A stretch of DNA of 64,000 nucleotides from Geopsychrobacteraceae bacterium (GTDB taxonomy: Bacteria; Desulfobacterota; Desulfuromonadia; Desulfuromonadales; Geopsychrobacteraceae). A program made the position numbers and the translations under genes. Numbering within the stretch: the stretch's first letter is position 1; the number at the start of each line of letters is the position of its first letter. A model generated the notes under the pieces. The model was not told the DNA's origin. It did no database searches and saw only the letters and a program-made list of their open reading frames with translations. The stretch lies in the NCBI GenBank assembly GCA_963662315.1, contig OY759353.1, forward strand, positions 960,001-1,024,000, given 5' to 3'. Below, piece after piece: positions 19,158-28,746 of this stretch.

Positions 19158-21568
19158 CCAGAGAAGAATTCAGACACCGGGTCAGCCACCGGGTCCTGAT
19201 TCTGGACGGTGCCACCGGTACAGAACTGGCGAAACGTGGCATGCCCGCCGGGGTAAGTCCGGAAGCCTGGGTCCTGGATAACCCGCATATTATGCAGGAA
19301 ATCCAAAAGGCCTATATCGCGGCAGGAAGTAATGCAGTTTACAGCTGTACCTTCGGCGGTAACCGTTGCAAACTCACGGAATTCGGCCTGGAAGACCGTA
19401 CTACTGAAATCAATACCGAATTGGCCCGCATCTCACGCCAGGCTGTAGGTGATCAGGCCCTCGTCTTTGGAGACCTGGCACCGACCGGTATGTTTATCGA
19501 ACCCTTCGGTGATCTTCCCTTTGACCAAGCAGTTACTATTTACGCCGAACAGGTCCGTGCTCAGATTGCCGGTGGAGTTGACGGATTCGTCATCGAAACC
19601 ATGATGGATCTTCAGGAAGCGCGTGCCGCCCTGATCGCCGTGCGGGAAAACTGTGACCTGCCAGTCATGGTCAGTATGACCTTCAGTGGTGACGGTCGTA
19701 CCCTTAATGGCTCAGACCCGCTCTCAGCCCTGATTACGTTACAATCCCTTGGTGCCGATGCAGTGGGCTGTAACTGTTCTACCGGACCGCAGGACATGGC
19801 TAAAGTTATTGCGACTATGAAACCCTATGCCAAGGTACCACTGCTGGCAAAACCCAACGCCGGTATGCCCAGCCTCCGCAACGGGGCAACAGTTTTCGAT
19901 ATGGCCGCTGACGAGTTCGGTGCCCACATGCCTGCCCTGATCAAAGCCGGTGCGGCAATCCTGGGTGGTTGCTGTGGGACCGATCCCGATTATATCAGGG
20001 CCATCGCCAGCACAACCGCAGCCATATCTCCCGCCGCAATCAACCAACACGGCACGGCTGCCGTAGCCTCCTACCGTGACAGTGTTCTGTTCAGCAACTC
20101 GGGTGCCCTGACCATCTTCGGTGGCAAAATCAACCCCAGCGGACAACCTCAGCTGGCCGACAGCCTGCGCCAGGGGGACATGTCCCTGATCCGAAAACTG
20201 GCCCAACAGCAGGCGCGCCACGGGGCAGACATTATCGACATCAATGTTCATGCCCAAGAGATCGACGAAGCAGCAATTATGCGCGCAGCGGTGCTGATGG
20301 CTGTCAAAGCTGCGGGCAAACCAGTCGCCATCGATACCATTAACAGTGCCGCAGCAGAACAAGCCCTGCGGGTCTATCCCGGTCGGGCGATACTTAATAG
20401 TGTCAGCGCCTGCCCAGAAGCGATGGAAGAGATGTGCCGGATCGCCGCTCGTTACGGTGCCATGATCGTCTGTATGCCTTACGATGAAATGGGAACCAGC
20501 GGTGGTACCACAGAAGCTATTTCCCGTATTGAAAAAATCCTGGCCTGTGCCAGCCATTATGGAATAGTTGCAGAGGATTGCCTCATCGATTGTTTGGTTT
20601 ATACCGCTGCCGCCGGCCCTGCTGCCCACCGACGCACTCTTGAACTGATCGACTGGTGCAGACACAACAATCGTTTTCATTCCCTGGCGGGAATTTCCAA
20701 TCTCAGTTACGGATTAACCACTCGACACTGGTTTGACAGCCTGCTGCTATCCATGGCCACCGGACGGGGACTGACCGCTGCCTTTGTCGATACCGATTGC
20801 GAACATACTCTCAATACATCCTATGCGGTCGCTGCAGTTGCCGCCCGCGACCCGCGTATGGGACGCTACCTCAAACGTTTTAGCCAGCAAAGCAAAGATA
20901 CCGAACCGAACAGCAAACCACGTACCCCTGGCGAACGGGTTTACGACGCGGTTGTCAACGGCGACGAGGAAGGAATTAAGCAGTTTATCCACCAGGCTCT
21001 CGACCATGGAGAGACACCGCGGAACTTGGTCGATAATCGCCTCATCAAAGCCATCAACCTGGTCGGTGACAAGTTTGACCGTAAGGAATATTTCCTGCCA
21101 CAACTGGTTACCTGCGCCGATACCATGCGAACAGGCTTCAAAGTGTTACAGCCATTGCTTGATGCCGCTACCAGCAGTGAAGCAGGCCAGCACGGCCCGA
21201 AGGTCATTCTGGCTACAGTGCAGGGAGATATTCATGATATCGGTAAAAACATCGTTGCCCTGATGCTCAACAATTACAACTTTGAGGTCATCGATCTTGG
21301 CAAGGATGTTGCTGCCGAAGACATCATCCGCGCTGCCCGCCATTATGATGCCGATATCGTCGCCCTGTCGGCCCTGATGACCACTACCATGGTCGAAATG
21401 AAGAAAGTTATTGATCTAGCCCATGCAGAAGGGCTTACCGGAATCCGGTTTATGGTTGGGGGTGCTGTTGTCGATCAGCACTATGCCGATGAAATCGGTG
21501 CCAGCGGCTATGCCAGTGACGCCATCGGAGCAGTACGGCTGGCGCAGCGGCTCAGTGGAAAAACGTAG
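19154..21568 (+). CDS. metH: B12-dependent methionine synthase (Hcy, pterin, cap and B12-binding domains)
   Basis: Motifs LDGATGT, GCNC, GGCCGT, YFLPQL, GDIHDIGKN and SALMTTT. Confidence 0.92.
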   Translation: MTREEFRHRVSHRVLILDGATGTELAKRGMPAGVSPEAWVLDNPHIMQEIQKAYIAAGSNAVYSCTFGGNRCKLTEFGLEDRTTEINTELARISRQAVGDQALVFGDLAPTGMFIEPFGDLPFDQAVTIYAEQVRAQIAGGVDGFVIETMMDLQEARAALIAVRENCDLPVMVSMTFSGDGRTLNGSDPLSALITLQSLGADAVGCNCSTGPQDMAKVIATMKPYAKVPLLAKPNAGMPSLRNGATVFDMAADEFGAHMPALIKAGAAILGGCCGTDPDYIRAIASTTAAISPAAINQHGTAAVASYRDSVLFSNSGALTIFGGKINPSGQPQLADSLRQGDMSLIRKLAQQQARHGADIIDINVHAQEIDEAAIMRAAVLMAVKAAGKPVAIDTINSAAAEQALRVYPGRAILNSVSACPEAMEEMCRIAARYGAMIVCMPYDEMGTSGGTTEAISRIEKILACASHYGIVAEDCLIDCLVYTAAAGPAAHRRTLELIDWCRHNNRFHSLAGISNLSYGLTTRHWFDSLLLSMATGRGLTAAFVDTDCEHTLNTSYAVAAVAARDPRMGRYLKRFSQQSKDTEPNSKPRTPGERVYDAVVNGDEEGIKQFIHQALDHGETPRNLVDNRLIKAINLVGDKFDRKEYFLPQLVTCADTMRTGFKVLQPLLDAATSSEAGQHGPKVILATVQGDIHDIGKNIVALMLNNYNFEVIDLGKDVAAEDIIRAARHYDADIVALSALMTTTMVEMKKVIDLAHAEGLTGIRFMVGGAVVDQHYADEIGASGYASDAIGAVRLAQRLSGKT

Positions 21569-21608
21569 TCATCATCCTTCTTCTAAACCAATGGAAAGGA
21601 TAATTATC

Positions 21609-21938
21609 ATGAACCATTATCTTAAAAACAAAGCCATCTTCAATGATCTGGTCAGACAACTCAGGCAAAAACAACCCGCCGACCCAGATGCTATCAGACA
21701 GGAATGCCTGTCGGTTATTTGCGCCTGTTTCCAATCCAATATAGAACCCTTTCAGTTACCGGTCAGCAGCTACCTGACGGGCAATCTCAGCACAGAGCAA
21801 AAGAACGACTTTTATCAACGCTATATAATTCTGCATTTGAACCACTATAGCCGTGAACTCATCACAGCAGAAATATTGACCAGTCAGCCAACCTGGTCTT
21901 CCCTGATTAAGCATATTGAAGACCTTACCTGCACCTGA
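21609..21938 (+). CDS. Hypothetical protein (about 109 aa)
   Basis: AAGGA RBS before the ATG at 21609. Helical, with no recognised motif. Confidence 0.5.
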   Translation: MNHYLKNKAIFNDLVRQLRQKQPADPDAIRQECLSVICACFQSNIEPFQLPVSSYLTGNLSTEQKNDFYQRYIILHLNHYSRELITAEILTSQPTWSSLIKHIEDLTCT

Positions 21939-22405
21939 TGATCTTCCTCGTACTCGCTTCAGAACTGAACAGGTTTCCCCAACTAAGAAGCAAACCCGGA
22001 AATTCATTCATATGACAAGAGATACTTTATGAAATAATTACACTGAATCTGCTCCTGATTGCCCTGACCTGCTCCCGTTCTGGGTTGACATTAATATGGC
22101 CTTAACCAAACGGCTTGACAATGTCGAAAAAGCAAATCTTATGGCTATTGCTACCCTCAGTGTCGTTGCAAGCATGGCTGACTTCAATCTGATCGACAGT
22201 TATGCCTTCGAAGTGGCTGAGAAAGGCACCTTCGTTGTGCTTGTTTTTCAGAGTTCAGATGAAGCTGCGGGACTGGGATAGCTGCTTCCCCTCGGTTCTG
22301 ACTCACTTAAAATTCATCAAGGTGCCATCTTAAAAAGTTCTTTTATTCCACGCTGAATCAGTGTTTTTATCCCACAATCAATATCCGCGTCTTTTCCCCG
22401 AGAGT

Positions 22406-22428
22406 ATTTTGTTATATTATAACATTTC
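22406..22428 (+). promoter_or_regulatory. Zur box
   Basis: ATTTTGTTATATTATAACATTTC, with a perfect core palindrome TGTTATA-T-TATAACA. It matches the proteobacterial Zur consensus and lies just upstream of a COG0523 gene. Confidence 0.8.
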
Positions 22429-22450
22429 AAAACCTTTCAAGGAGACCAAC

Positions 22451-23821
22451 ATGCCCCCCCATTCCCCTATAGTAAAGCCCCTGATAGCAAAGATTCCCGT
22501 AACCATTTTAACCGGCTTTCTTGGCTCCGGAAAAACGACTCTACTCAACCGTATACTGCAGGAAAACCATGGTAAGCGCATCGCCGTAATTGAAAATGAG
22601 TTTGGTGAAGTCGGCGTCGATAATGATCTTGTCATTGGAGCCGATGAAGAAATTTTTGAAATGAACAATGGCTGCATCTGCTGTACTGTGCGGGGAGATT
22701 TAATACGTATTCTGAACAACCTGATTGAACGCCGTGAACAGTTTGACTACTTGGTCATTGAAACTACGGGGCTTGCTGATCCCGGCCCTGTGGTACAAAC
22801 CTTTATTCTTGAAGAAAGTCTGCGCGATTCATTTAGCGTTGATGCCGTAGTCACGGTCGTGGATGCAATGTTTATTGAAGAACATATCGACGATGACGAC
22901 AAAGCTAAAGAGCAAATCGCCTTTGCCGACGTTATTCTCCTCAATAAGATCGACCTGGTTGAGGAGGCTGCCGCAAATCACCTGGAAGAATGGATTCAGC
23001 GGCTTAATGCAATAGCACCTGTTCACCGTACGGTGAATGCCACTATTGACATGGACAAAATCCTGAATCAGGGCGGCTTTAACGTAGAAAAAGCACTCGC
23101 TTTTGATCCTGAATTTCTCGAACCTGACCATTCTTTTGATTGGATTGGGCTGTACCACTTTGCTGCAGGGTATCACCAATGGCTCTTTCATCCCGGCCCC
23201 GAAAAGTTCCTTAATGTCGCTCTGGTGCCGGTATTTGGCAACCATACAGAAGTCCCCGAGTCGGTCATAAAAACTGCAGATAGTGTTTTTACTGAGGCAG
23301 AAGATCTGCTTCATCCCAACGAAAAGATCGAACCCGGCTTAACCCTGAATCGCCTGATGCTGGAGGACAAAGCAACAGCCTTTCAGCTCCATATCCGGAA
23401 ACCCGGTCTCTATGCATTGGTCAGTGAAAGCCTTCCAAAGAAGTATTCTGCCGCTATCACTTATGAAGAGAGATTTATAGAACCTGTTTCCATACGTGAA
23501 TTTATCCATCACCACCATCATCATAATCACGAGATCACTTCTGTAGGAATCAGTATCCCGGGAGATCTTAAGCTCGAAGTTCTCGAAACCTGGATACAGA
23601 TACTGCTCACTGCCCAGGGGCGGGATATCCTTCGTATGAAAGGGGTATTAAGCATCAAAGATCGCCCAGAACGTTTTATTTTTCAGGGAATTCATCGTCT
23701 GGTCGATGGAGACTTTGGCCGTCCCTGGGGAGATGAGGAACGGGTTAATAATCTGGTCTTTATCGGTCGCAATCTTGATCGTGACTTTCTGAATAAGGGA
23801 TTTAAAGCCTGTCTGATTTAA
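22451..23821 (+). CDS. COG0523 (CobW/ZigA/YjiA family) G3E GTPase metallochaperone with an internal insertion
   Basis: Motifs [25 protein letters not shown] and NKID, a His tract HHHHHHNH, and a CobW_C domain (RMKG..FQG..LVFIG). Confidence 0.92.
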   Translation: MPPHSPIVKPLIAKIPVTILTGFLGSGKTTLLNRILQENHGKRIAVIENEFGEVGVDNDLVIGADEEIFEMNNGCICCTVRGDLIRILNNLIERREQFDYLVIETTGLADPGPVVQTFILEESLRDSFSVDAVVTVVDAMFIEEHIDDDDKAKEQIAFADVILLNKIDLVEEAAANHLEEWIQRLNAIAPVHRTVNATIDMDKILNQGGFNVEKALAFDPEFLEPDHSFDWIGLYHFAAGYHQWLFHPGPEKFLNVALVPVFGNHTEVPESVIKTADSVFTEAEDLLHPNEKIEPGLTLNRLMLEDKATAFQLHIRKPGLYALVSESLPKKYSAAITYEERFIEPVSIREFIHHHHHHNHEITSVGISIPGDLKLEVLETWIQILLTAQGRDILRMKGVLSIKDRPERFIFQGIHRLVDGDFGRPWGDEERVNNLVFIGRNLDRDFLNKGFKACLI

Positions 23822-23851
23822 ATTGTAGAATTTGCCAGGTCAATTTTACTT

Positions 23852-23895
23852 TAACGAGTAGCTGCGTCATCAAGTAACGAAGCAGCTACTCGTTT
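23852..23895. terminator. Bidirectional terminator
   Basis: Inverted repeat AACGAGTAGCTGC...GCAGCTACTCGTT between convergent genes. Confidence 0.8.
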
Positions 23896-23933
23896 GACTT
23901 TTCGATCTCCTGATCGTCTCAGTCTAAAGCATA

Positions 23934-24863
23934 TTACAACGGAAATTCCGTGCAATCATGGCCACTAAAACCGCACCCTTCAAGGGTTTCTTCCTGTAAA
24001 GACGAGGATTGTGATTGCTGTTGCCAGGGGAACTGCGTTATTTGACGATCAGCGACAACCTTTTGAGTAACGACCAAGGGAACCGAGCGAGCACCTAAAG
24101 AAGCAACGATCATCTTATTTTTTGCCAGAGAAAAACGCTCCCTCCAGGTCAGGTCATGGACCTCTTCTAAACTCTTATTAAACAGAGCTCTGATATCATC
24201 TGCCTCAAGGTCTCCGTTTCCCATAACCTTAGCCAGACGTTCTTCATCTTCATGATTCTTAGCCACAGGAATCAGAGTAATTCGCTCCAGGTCGCTATAG
24301 CGATCAAGAAGATCATTAACAACGGTTTGGCAGGTCGGACACGTCGGAGAGAAAAACACTTGCAATTCTGAGCCAGTTCCACCAGATAAGCTGACGGGAG
24401 TTAACAGACTATCTTTAGCAAACAGGACACAAACAACCACCAGCATCGCTGCCCAGACTTTCATAGCACGCGCTAACATGACAGAATCATGTTCTTTACT
24501 CTTGGCAAAGGGGACAACTGAAAGACCAAAGAACAAAGCAACTATCAGGCAGACAGTGCAGCGCCAGTAGAGAATCTGATAACCGAGTAAGCCAGCATCA
24601 AAAACGATCCCCCCAAAAACAATGAGCGACCAGAAAGGGATCAACTCGCGGTTAAAATAACGCCCTAAGTGCAAAAGAAAGAGCAGAATAAAACCCAGGC
24701 CACCGATAACATCGACAGGAATACCACCAATCTCGTATCCCTGATAAAGCTGGCAACTGGAAGAGACGCATGGCAGCGCCACACCACCGGCCTGTAAAAA
24801 ACAGAGAGTTGCCCCAACAACAGCCATAAAGGCCCCACACTGATGAGATTTGAGTAAGTGCAT
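23934..24863 (-). CDS. VKOR-like membrane domain fused to a thioredoxin-like domain (disulfide formation)
   Basis: Loop cysteine pair CVSSSC, TM helices with CTVC, then FFSPTCPTC and SVP. Confidence 0.7.
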   Translation of the reverse strand: MHLLKSHQCGAFMAVVGATLCFLQAGGVALPCVSSSCQLYQGYEIGGIPVDVIGGLGFILLFLLHLGRYFNRELIPFWSLIVFGGIVFDAGLLGYQILYWRCTVCLIVALFFGLSVVPFAKSKEHDSVMLARAMKVWAAMLVVVCVLFAKDSLLTPVSLSGGTGSELQVFFSPTCPTCQTVVNDLLDRYSDLERITLIPVAKNHEDEERLAKVMGNGDLEADDIRALFNKSLEEVHDLTWRERFSLAKNKMIVASLGARSVPLVVTQKVVADRQITQFPWQQQSQSSSLQEETLEGCGFSGHDCTEFPL

Positions 24864-24966
24864 CAACTCTTTTTCACCCCCCTTCAAAAATATGCTCCAT
24901 TTTTTCGCAATCATTCCCCAGCGCCAGGGGATATAAAGAGACCCGCCACAGCAGGTCTCCTGCCAA

Positions 24967-26445
24967 TCAAATAGCTTTTAAAAAGCGGATAACCGCTTTA
25001 CGATCCTTAGCCTCCAGATTACGGAACGACTCACGCGCAGACTCTCCTTCACCGAAGTGCCACAAAATGGCCTCCTCAAAGTTTCGAGCCCGTAAATCAT
25101 GCATCATATCGTGATGATCGACGGCATTTTTCATCAAACCACGTGCCCACAGGGGAGATGTCTTAAAATGTCTTGACAAACCACGGTTTTCTTCACCCAT
25201 GTCATGCATCAACAGATCGGTATAAGGCCAGATTTTCTGATTGGAATAAGCGGGGATATATTTGTCCTCACCGGTTTTCCAGCTTGGCTTATGACACTCG
25301 GTGCAGCCAATTTCGACAAACAGCTCTTTACCCTGCTGAACCTCTGGGTGGTTAAGCTCACGAGCCGCAGGAACCCCAAGCCCACGGTGCCAGATCATCA
25401 GGTTATCGGTGCCTTCAGCAGTCCGTTCAATAGGTTGAGGAGCTGCCAACGCGGCGACATCCAGACCGATTTCCGCCATTTTATCCTTCCATTGCTGAGT
25501 CGCAAACAGAGCCGGGCGATCTTCTCGGGTCAGGTTAAAGACACTCCAGGAACCATTGTACCCTGGGCCGTTTTGCAGTGTGGCGCGGGTATTATGCCAG
25601 GTAAAGCGCCCAAGGTGCTTTTTACCATCTTGCTTTTCCTCAACCCAACGGCCAAGACGCCCCTTTATCAGTCCAGAGCTTTGCTGTTGACGTTCATACT
25701 CGGCAACGATGGCCTCATCCGGTATAGAATCGATCAGCCCGGTGCCAAAGAGTCCAATGGTCCCTTCAATACTGACCCGGTAATCCTCTGGTAAAGGTAA
25801 TATCGGATCAACAATATCAGCCGTGGGATAGATCAGTGTTCCCTCGTACTCGTTACCACTATTATAAGAAGTACCGTCTGGGTACATGTTTTCAAACTTA
25901 TCGACATAGTCATGCCATTCAATCTTGACATCCTTTGCCAGCGGCTGATAGGGAGGCGTTGCCATGACCTGCAGCATAAACAGGTAGCCGTCGACTATTT
26001 TTCCTTCAGGAGTATGGACAAAAGCCAGATAGCCATTGGCGTATTCCTTTTTAAAATCACTGTTGCGTTTGGAACGTCCATAGTTCGGGTGACAATTAAG
26101 GCAGGAGGTATTGTTATAAATCGGACCCAGCCCACCAAAAGGGGCTTCAGAATCCGTGACAAAATCAGCTTCAAAGAGTGCTTCCCCCTCGTTGAACTTG
26201 CGCAGCAGCTCAGGGTCAGCTTCTATGGCCGGTGAAGGAAATTCCAGGCAACGTGTCGACGTAGTAAATACGGTACCGGTTTTCCCCCCGCTGTAATACT
26301 CTTCAGCCAGCCCTTGCGGGGTAAACCCGGCCGAGCTATGGGCAGACAAATCGGTATAATAGCCAGCCGTGACCAGTAACAGGGTCAGGCCCGCGATCAG
26401 GCAGTAGTGCAGGTTATATTTTTTCAGGTGCTTGCTACGCAACAT
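24967..26445 (-). CDS. Di-haem oxidoreductase (DHOR) family c-type cytochrome
   Basis: GLGPIYNNTSCLNCH and GCTECH haem motifs, PYTDLLMHDMG and HDLRARNFEEAILWHFGE. Signal peptide and AAGGAG RBS. Confidence 0.9.
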   Translation of the reverse strand: MLRSKHLKKYNLHYCLIAGLTLLLVTAGYYTDLSAHSSAGFTPQGLAEEYYSGGKTGTVFTTSTRCLEFPSPAIEADPELLRKFNEGEALFEADFVTDSEAPFGGLGPIYNNTSCLNCHPNYGRSKRNSDFKKEYANGYLAFVHTPEGKIVDGYLFMLQVMATPPYQPLAKDVKIEWHDYVDKFENMYPDGTSYNSGNEYEGTLIYPTADIVDPILPLPEDYRVSIEGTIGLFGTGLIDSIPDEAIVAEYERQQQSSGLIKGRLGRWVEEKQDGKKHLGRFTWHNTRATLQNGPGYNGSWSVFNLTREDRPALFATQQWKDKMAEIGLDVAALAAPQPIERTAEGTDNLMIWHRGLGVPAARELNHPEVQQGKELFVEIGCTECHKPSWKTGEDKYIPAYSNQKIWPYTDLLMHDMGEENRGLSRHFKTSPLWARGLMKNAVDHHDMMHDLRARNFEEAILWHFGEGESARESFRNLEAKDRKAVIRFLKAI

Positions 26446-26517
26446 AAAGATGTCTCCTTTGCGTTTTGCTGAATTGCCATACATGAATTCGATAATCCGC
26501 CACAAACAGCCGTGCAC

Positions 26518-27684
26518 TCACAGTCCATAAGCAGCATAAGGGCGGGTCGCAGGATCGAGGCATACCGGTAGTATAGCGGCGTTGACCTTCTCGAGCAGAG
26601 CATTGCATGAAGTCTGCGCTTTTCGTAATGCCAAATCACGCCTTCCGGCAGCAACCGCACCGACGTCTTCAAGGTGTTTCTCAGCCTGCACGAAGGAGAT
26701 GTCAATCTGCTTCTTCAACAACTCGTCATGGGCTTCAACCAAATCGGCAACAGCGGCTCTCCGTTCTCCTTTTTCGCCGCCGAAAAAGGCATTTTCGGCC
26801 CCTTTGAGGGCATAACGCAGGTCATCAAAACGATTGTTGCTAAACCAGGTTTCCCCTGCAAAAAAGTCTTCGGAACCCAGGTCATCAGGGATTACGTCGC
26901 AGACATCACCGATGGCAGTGGTAATCTCGCCCAAGATATCCTGCAGAACCACAGAAGAGGAAAAATAGCGGCTCTGGGCTGTTCCCGGCTGGGTAAATTC
27001 AGTCACAAACCCTGCACGTATCTCAACCTGAACGCTTTTCACCAGTTGCTGCTGTGTAGCATTGAGGCTGTCGGTGCCGAACCAGGCGGCAATAAAATCG
27101 AGGGTTTCAGCCTCAAGCAAACGTGAGGTCAGTTCCAGATAAGTCAGCTCAGCAGCCGAAACCGCCTCGGCAGACCGCGGCTTTCCCTCCCTGAACAGGA
27201 GATATTCGATAGCCAGTAGTCCCCGCTGAGTGCCACGGGTATCACGCCTGAAAGCAGACAAATCCAGAGCAAAACGCTCCGCAGCCATCTCCCCAACAAC
27301 ATAATCGATCATCGGCCGATCAACAGGAAAAGTCGCAATCTGGCGATTGAAATCGTAATAGACGCCCGGGCCGTAAAAAAAGGAGCGCACTTTCTGCCAT
27401 TGATTCCGGGCAGTCCTCCAGGCCCCCGCAGTTTGCTCAAGATTCGCATCACTAGGTTTCTTTTGCAGCTTCACAACGTTTTCATGTAGCTGACCGACAT
27501 CAGCAGCAAAGGTAGTTAAAGTTGCCTTAACCACATTTTCAGCATAATCATTCAAGGTACTGGAAACCTTTTTTTCCATAAAATAAGTGTTCAGCGCCGA
27601 ACTCTTGCTCAACAACATACCGCCAATAACAATTGCCACCAGAACCACAGCTCCAGTCAGCCACCATTTCTTCTTCTGTTTCAT
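26518..27684 (-). CDS. Imelysin-family iron-regulated protein
   Basis: N-terminal anchor, AWRTARNQW, and QRGLLAIEYLLF. Lies next to DHOR. Confidence 0.82.
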   Translation of the reverse strand: MKQKKKWWLTGAVVLVAIVIGGMLLSKSSALNTYFMEKKVSSTLNDYAENVVKATLTTFAADVGQLHENVVKLQKKPSDANLEQTAGAWRTARNQWQKVRSFFYGPGVYYDFNRQIATFPVDRPMIDYVVGEMAAERFALDLSAFRRDTRGTQRGLLAIEYLLFREGKPRSAEAVSAAELTYLELTSRLLEAETLDFIAAWFGTDSLNATQQQLVKSVQVEIRAGFVTEFTQPGTAQSRYFSSSVVLQDILGEITTAIGDVCDVIPDDLGSEDFFAGETWFSNNRFDDLRYALKGAENAFFGGEKGERRAAVADLVEAHDELLKKQIDISFVQAEKHLEDVGAVAAGRRDLALRKAQTSCNALLEKVNAAILPVCLDPATRPYAAYGL

Positions 27685-27759
27685 TTTTCTCCTCCACATT
27701 GCTGTTCCATTCAGGGATTAATAATTTAGAGTTGGTACTCAAGCGTGCCATTAAACTGC

Positions 27760-28299
27760 TTATTTACTTTTCAATTGTTCAATCAGTCGGTCCAGACGCT
27801 CAACCACCTGACTGTAATCCCCTCCGAATGTCAGCAACTCACGTACTGCTGATAGCTCATCCGCATAACATGCATCAACACCAGCCTGGCGCTGACGAAT
27901 TTGCTCAAAACATTTATTCAGTGACTCCGCCAGATGACCAAAGTAATCGCTGCGCCGGAAGCGCACCTGTTTTTCCGGTAGTTTCCCTTCAGCAGCATCA
28001 TCCAATAACCACTTCAGTTTTTTCATCATTCCCGCCAGTTCCCGGCTGCGGCGAAAACTGAAAAAGGGTACGGCGATAGCAACAAAAACCACGACACCAG
28101 CCAGTAACACAGGAGCAACATGATCATGGTTGTAGGCCATAGAGCCATCCCACTCCATCAGGTAAAACCAGGTCAGCAAGGCTGCCACACCTAGCGCAAT
28201 CAGCATATTGGATATAATCACCATCACCGCCTGGCGGATCTGATATCTGCCATCAACCACCAGTGCCCGTTTAAATATTCTTCCCACAGAAACCTCCAC
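27760..28299 (-). CDS. Two-TM membrane protein with a HAMP-like domain
   Basis: Two hydrophobic helices, then GKLPEKQVRFRRSDYFGHLAESLN. Confidence 0.7.
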   Translation of the reverse strand: MEVSVGRIFKRALVVDGRYQIRQAVMVIISNMLIALGVAALLTWFYLMEWDGSMAYNHDHVAPVLLAGVVVFVAIAVPFFSFRRSRELAGMMKKLKWLLDDAAEGKLPEKQVRFRRSDYFGHLAESLNKCFEQIRQRQAGVDACYADELSAVRELLTFGGDYSQVVERLDRLIEQLKSK

Positions 28300-28328
28300 T
28301 AACGTTCTGTTTTACTTTTCATCTTTCG

Positions 28329-28718
28329 TTAAGGACCACTCTTTACCAGGTCGTCATCGGTATTCAGTTCCGTATCCGGTCCGGCACTTCGAAGCTGATA
28401 CTTACGCAGATTGGCTGTTACCGTATAGACATAGGCTTCCCCCCACTGATCAACCAATAGCGACTTGACATTGTTCTCTTTAAACGAACGCTCCATCCAT
28501 GCTTCAAAATCTTTCTCTTTAGGCAGCCTGCGGTCCATGACATAAGTCGCATCCAGCATCACGGACATGGAATGCAGGTCCCCAGCTGTGCAAACCATCT
28601 GGGCCGATTCAACACTGTCATCAAACAGGGCCTGGAGCTTTTCCGGAACATCCGCGTAGTAGACGGAAGCAGACCCGATCATAGCCAGTAGCGCCATAAG
28701 CACCTGGTTCATAGCCAA
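28329..28718 (-). CDS. GspG-like small protein lacking a canonical prepilin cleavage motif
   Basis: GspG C-terminal signature DQWGEAYVY...LRSAGPD...TDDD, with a hydrophobic N-terminus. Confidence 0.7.
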   Translation of the reverse strand: MAMNQVLMALLAMIGSASVYYADVPEKLQALFDDSVESAQMVCTAGDLHSMSVMLDATYVMDRRLPKEKDFEAWMERSFKENNVKSLLVDQWGEAYVYTVTANLRKYQLRSAGPDTELNTDDDLVKSGP

Positions 28719-28746
28719 CGCCTCTGTTGCATAGAGTTAGAAAACA

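Noticed and set aside
22030..22281. Short ORF or possible frameshifted gene before the COG0523 gene
   Set aside because: No clear RBS or motif, so I cannot tell it apart from a remnant or noise.
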